Shown piece after piece: positions 62,001-64,000 of a DNA stretch of 64,000 nucleotides (within the stretch, counting starts at the first letter, position 1; the number at the start of each line of letters is the position of its first letter). The notes below the pieces were generated by a model, which was given only the letters and a program-made list of their open reading frames with translations, was not told the DNA's origin and made no database searches. Origin of the DNA: Heterodontus francisci (Eukaryota); NCBI RefSeq assembly GCF_036365525.1, contig NC_090403.1:26359461-26423460 (forward strand), in the 5' to 3' direction. A program made the position numbers and the translations under genes.

Positions 62001-64000
62001 GCCGCAGGGGAGTGCAATAGAATCTGAACAAACACCTGCAAGCAGGAGTGTCCCTGAGGACAAAGGGAAGACTAGTTAAGAATCCTCCCTCATAGTCAGG
62101 AAAAAGGGAACCCGCCATCCCCTGAGGTGAAAAGACCTTGCATGACTCATCAAAGCACTGAGAGTTCAGAGCCCACTGCCTCCATCCCTGAACAGAACTC
62201 CCACCTAGGGCTAATTAAACCTAGAACTCCCCCTACGGACCTCAACAAGAACAAAGACCCTTTAGGCAGTCATGGAAATGTGCAAACTGAAAAAACTTCC
62301 CCAAAAATCACGTTTTTTGGGGTGCCAAAAAGGGCCGTTTAAAGCAGCACTGATACCAAGAAAAGACAGACTGCAACAATTGTTAGGGTTCTGAATGAAT
62401 GAATTAGATGCATGTGTGTGTTCCTGTCCTTATCTTCTCTGTCGTCCCTTTTAATTAAATGCTTTTTATAAAAATCGCATTTAATTCCGCTGGGTGTGGT
62501 GTCATGCAGACCCCCACCTGCCAAGAGTGAGGCATATTAATTTTGTCATATGAACATTGATTTTCAACTGTTGCTGGCGTGAAGAAATGACTTGTTTGAA
62601 GATCACCAGCCACTGGGCTGGAAGGACATTTGCATACTAAGAGACGCTGCTTGTGGAGACAAAGGATTATTCCCTGCTTCAAACCCAATTAACCCAAATG
62701 GACTTTGATCATCTGACATTGAAGGTGTAAGGAAGTGCATTCCAGAGATTGCTAAAATAATACAATCCACAAACCTCACAGGAGAGACTGTTCCAAATAA
62801 GGAGCTACTCACATGACTAACCTGCTAGGCAACCTGGGGTTTATGAATTGTGCCACACAGAAAGGAACAGAAGCTTGTTCACAACTGAAGCTGGAACAAG
62901 TAAGTTTCTCGCCTGACTGTCTCTCTCACTTTCTCCCAAGCCATCAGATCCACGGAAGACACGAAAACCTTGAGAGAAACAACTCCAACATCGAAACAAT
63001 TTGAAGCGTGAACTGGGCCCCAACGAACAGGGGGATTTCCTGGCAACCAAAGACTCCACGTTGAACTTAAAGGACAGTAAATACCTAACAGAAATTGCCT
63101 CAAACTGTTCCCCTTAATTTTTTTCTAATTTTTCTGTCTCTATCTGCGTATGTGGTCATATATACATGCGAGCATGGTCGTGTCGCATATTCGTAGTTGT
63201 TAACTGGATTAGAGTTTAAAATGAATAAACCTCCACCATTCTTGTTTAAACTCAGGAAACCTGTCTGATTTCTTTGCCTTACAATTGAACACAGAAACAC
63301 AAAAGTCCGAGTGTATCAGGCCTATGTCCTCAGTACCTTGCTCTACGGCAGCGAGGCCTGGACAACGTATGCCAGCCAAGAGCGACGTCTCAATTCATTC
63401 CATCTTCGCTGCCTTCGGAGAATACTTGGCATCAGGTGGCAGGACTATATCTCCAACACAGAAGTCCTTGAAGCGGCCAACACCCCCAGCTTATACACAC
63501 TACTGAGTCAGCGGCGCTTGAGATGGCTTGGCCATGTGAGCCGCATGGAAGATGGCAGGATCCCCAAAGACACATTGTACAGCGAGCTCGCCACTGGTAT
63601 CAGACCCACCGGCCGTCCATGTCTCCGTTATAAAGACGTCTGCAAACGCGACATGAAATCGTGTGACATTGATCACAAGTCGTGGGAGTCAGTTGCCAGC
63701 ATTCGCCAGAGCTGGCGGGCAGCCATAAAGACAGGGCTAAATTGTGGCGAGTCGAAGAGACTTAGTAGTTGGCAGGAAAAAAGACAGAGGCGCAAGGGGA
63801 GAGCCAACTGTGCAACAGCCCCAACAAACAAATTTCTCTGCAGCACCTGTGGAAGAGCCTGTCACTCCAGAATTGGCCTTTATAGCCACTCCAGGCGCTG
63901 CTTCACAAACCACTGACCACCTCCAGGCGCGTATCCATTGTCTCTCGAGATAAGGAGGCCCAAAAGAACAATTGGCGCAGTGAACAAGGATTCACTGAAG
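59046..64000 (+). mobile_element. Internally deleted Gmr1-like (SCAN-domain) Gypsy element
   Basis: Related LTR starts TGTCATGC at 59046 and 62500. Gag with SCAN-like REVILLDEFKNSL, zinc knuckle CFYCNKAGHLRADC (~60523), protease ILRDTGA, integrase HHCC (AHE..AH..YCRSCHMCQ) directly after protease; no RT seen. Confidence 0.82.
63288..63967 (+). mobile_element. 5'-truncated RTE-clade LINE inserted in the 3' LTR
   Basis: Intact frame TLLYGSEAW...RRLRWLGHVSRMEDGRIPK...GRP with C-terminal CxxC zinc finger; TSD ACAATTG 63281-63287 / 63968-63974. Confidence 0.92.

Noticed and set aside
1-64000. CRISPR arrays, tRNA or rRNA genes
   Set aside because: No regularly spaced short repeats; the only tRNA-like box belongs to the SINE head at ~30063-30125.

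Overview
Eukaryotic (vertebrate) genomic DNA, almost certainly a cartilaginous fish: it carries an HE1/V-SINE, a DeuSINE and shark-type CR1 LINEs. The left ~27 kb is a head-to-tail array of three near-identical, intron-containing type I interferon genes on the minus strand. Copies B (11576-17511) and C (23052-25660) are complete 4-exon genes encoding 186 aa with a CAWE motif; copy A (2108-2504) shows only exons 1-2 before the window edge. The ORF track does not assemble them because they are spliced. Each copy has a clustered IRF/NF-kB upstream region, and B and C have AU-rich 3' UTRs. Both intergenic spacers carry a co-duplicated Penelope-like element remnant whose inverted terminal repeats contain minimal hammerhead-ribozyme motifs. 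Beyond copy C lies an older, diverged homolog of the spacer plus an orphan IFN-upstream relic, pointing to ancient duplication followed by concerted evolution and gene loss. The remaining ~32 kb is mostly nested, decayed transposons: CR1, L2 and RTE LINEs, a Copia-like element, two Gypsy elements, solo LTRs, MITE-like elements and ribozyme-bearing hairpin elements. All coordinates were read by hand; repeat boundaries are approximate unless a target-site duplication (TSD) is quoted.
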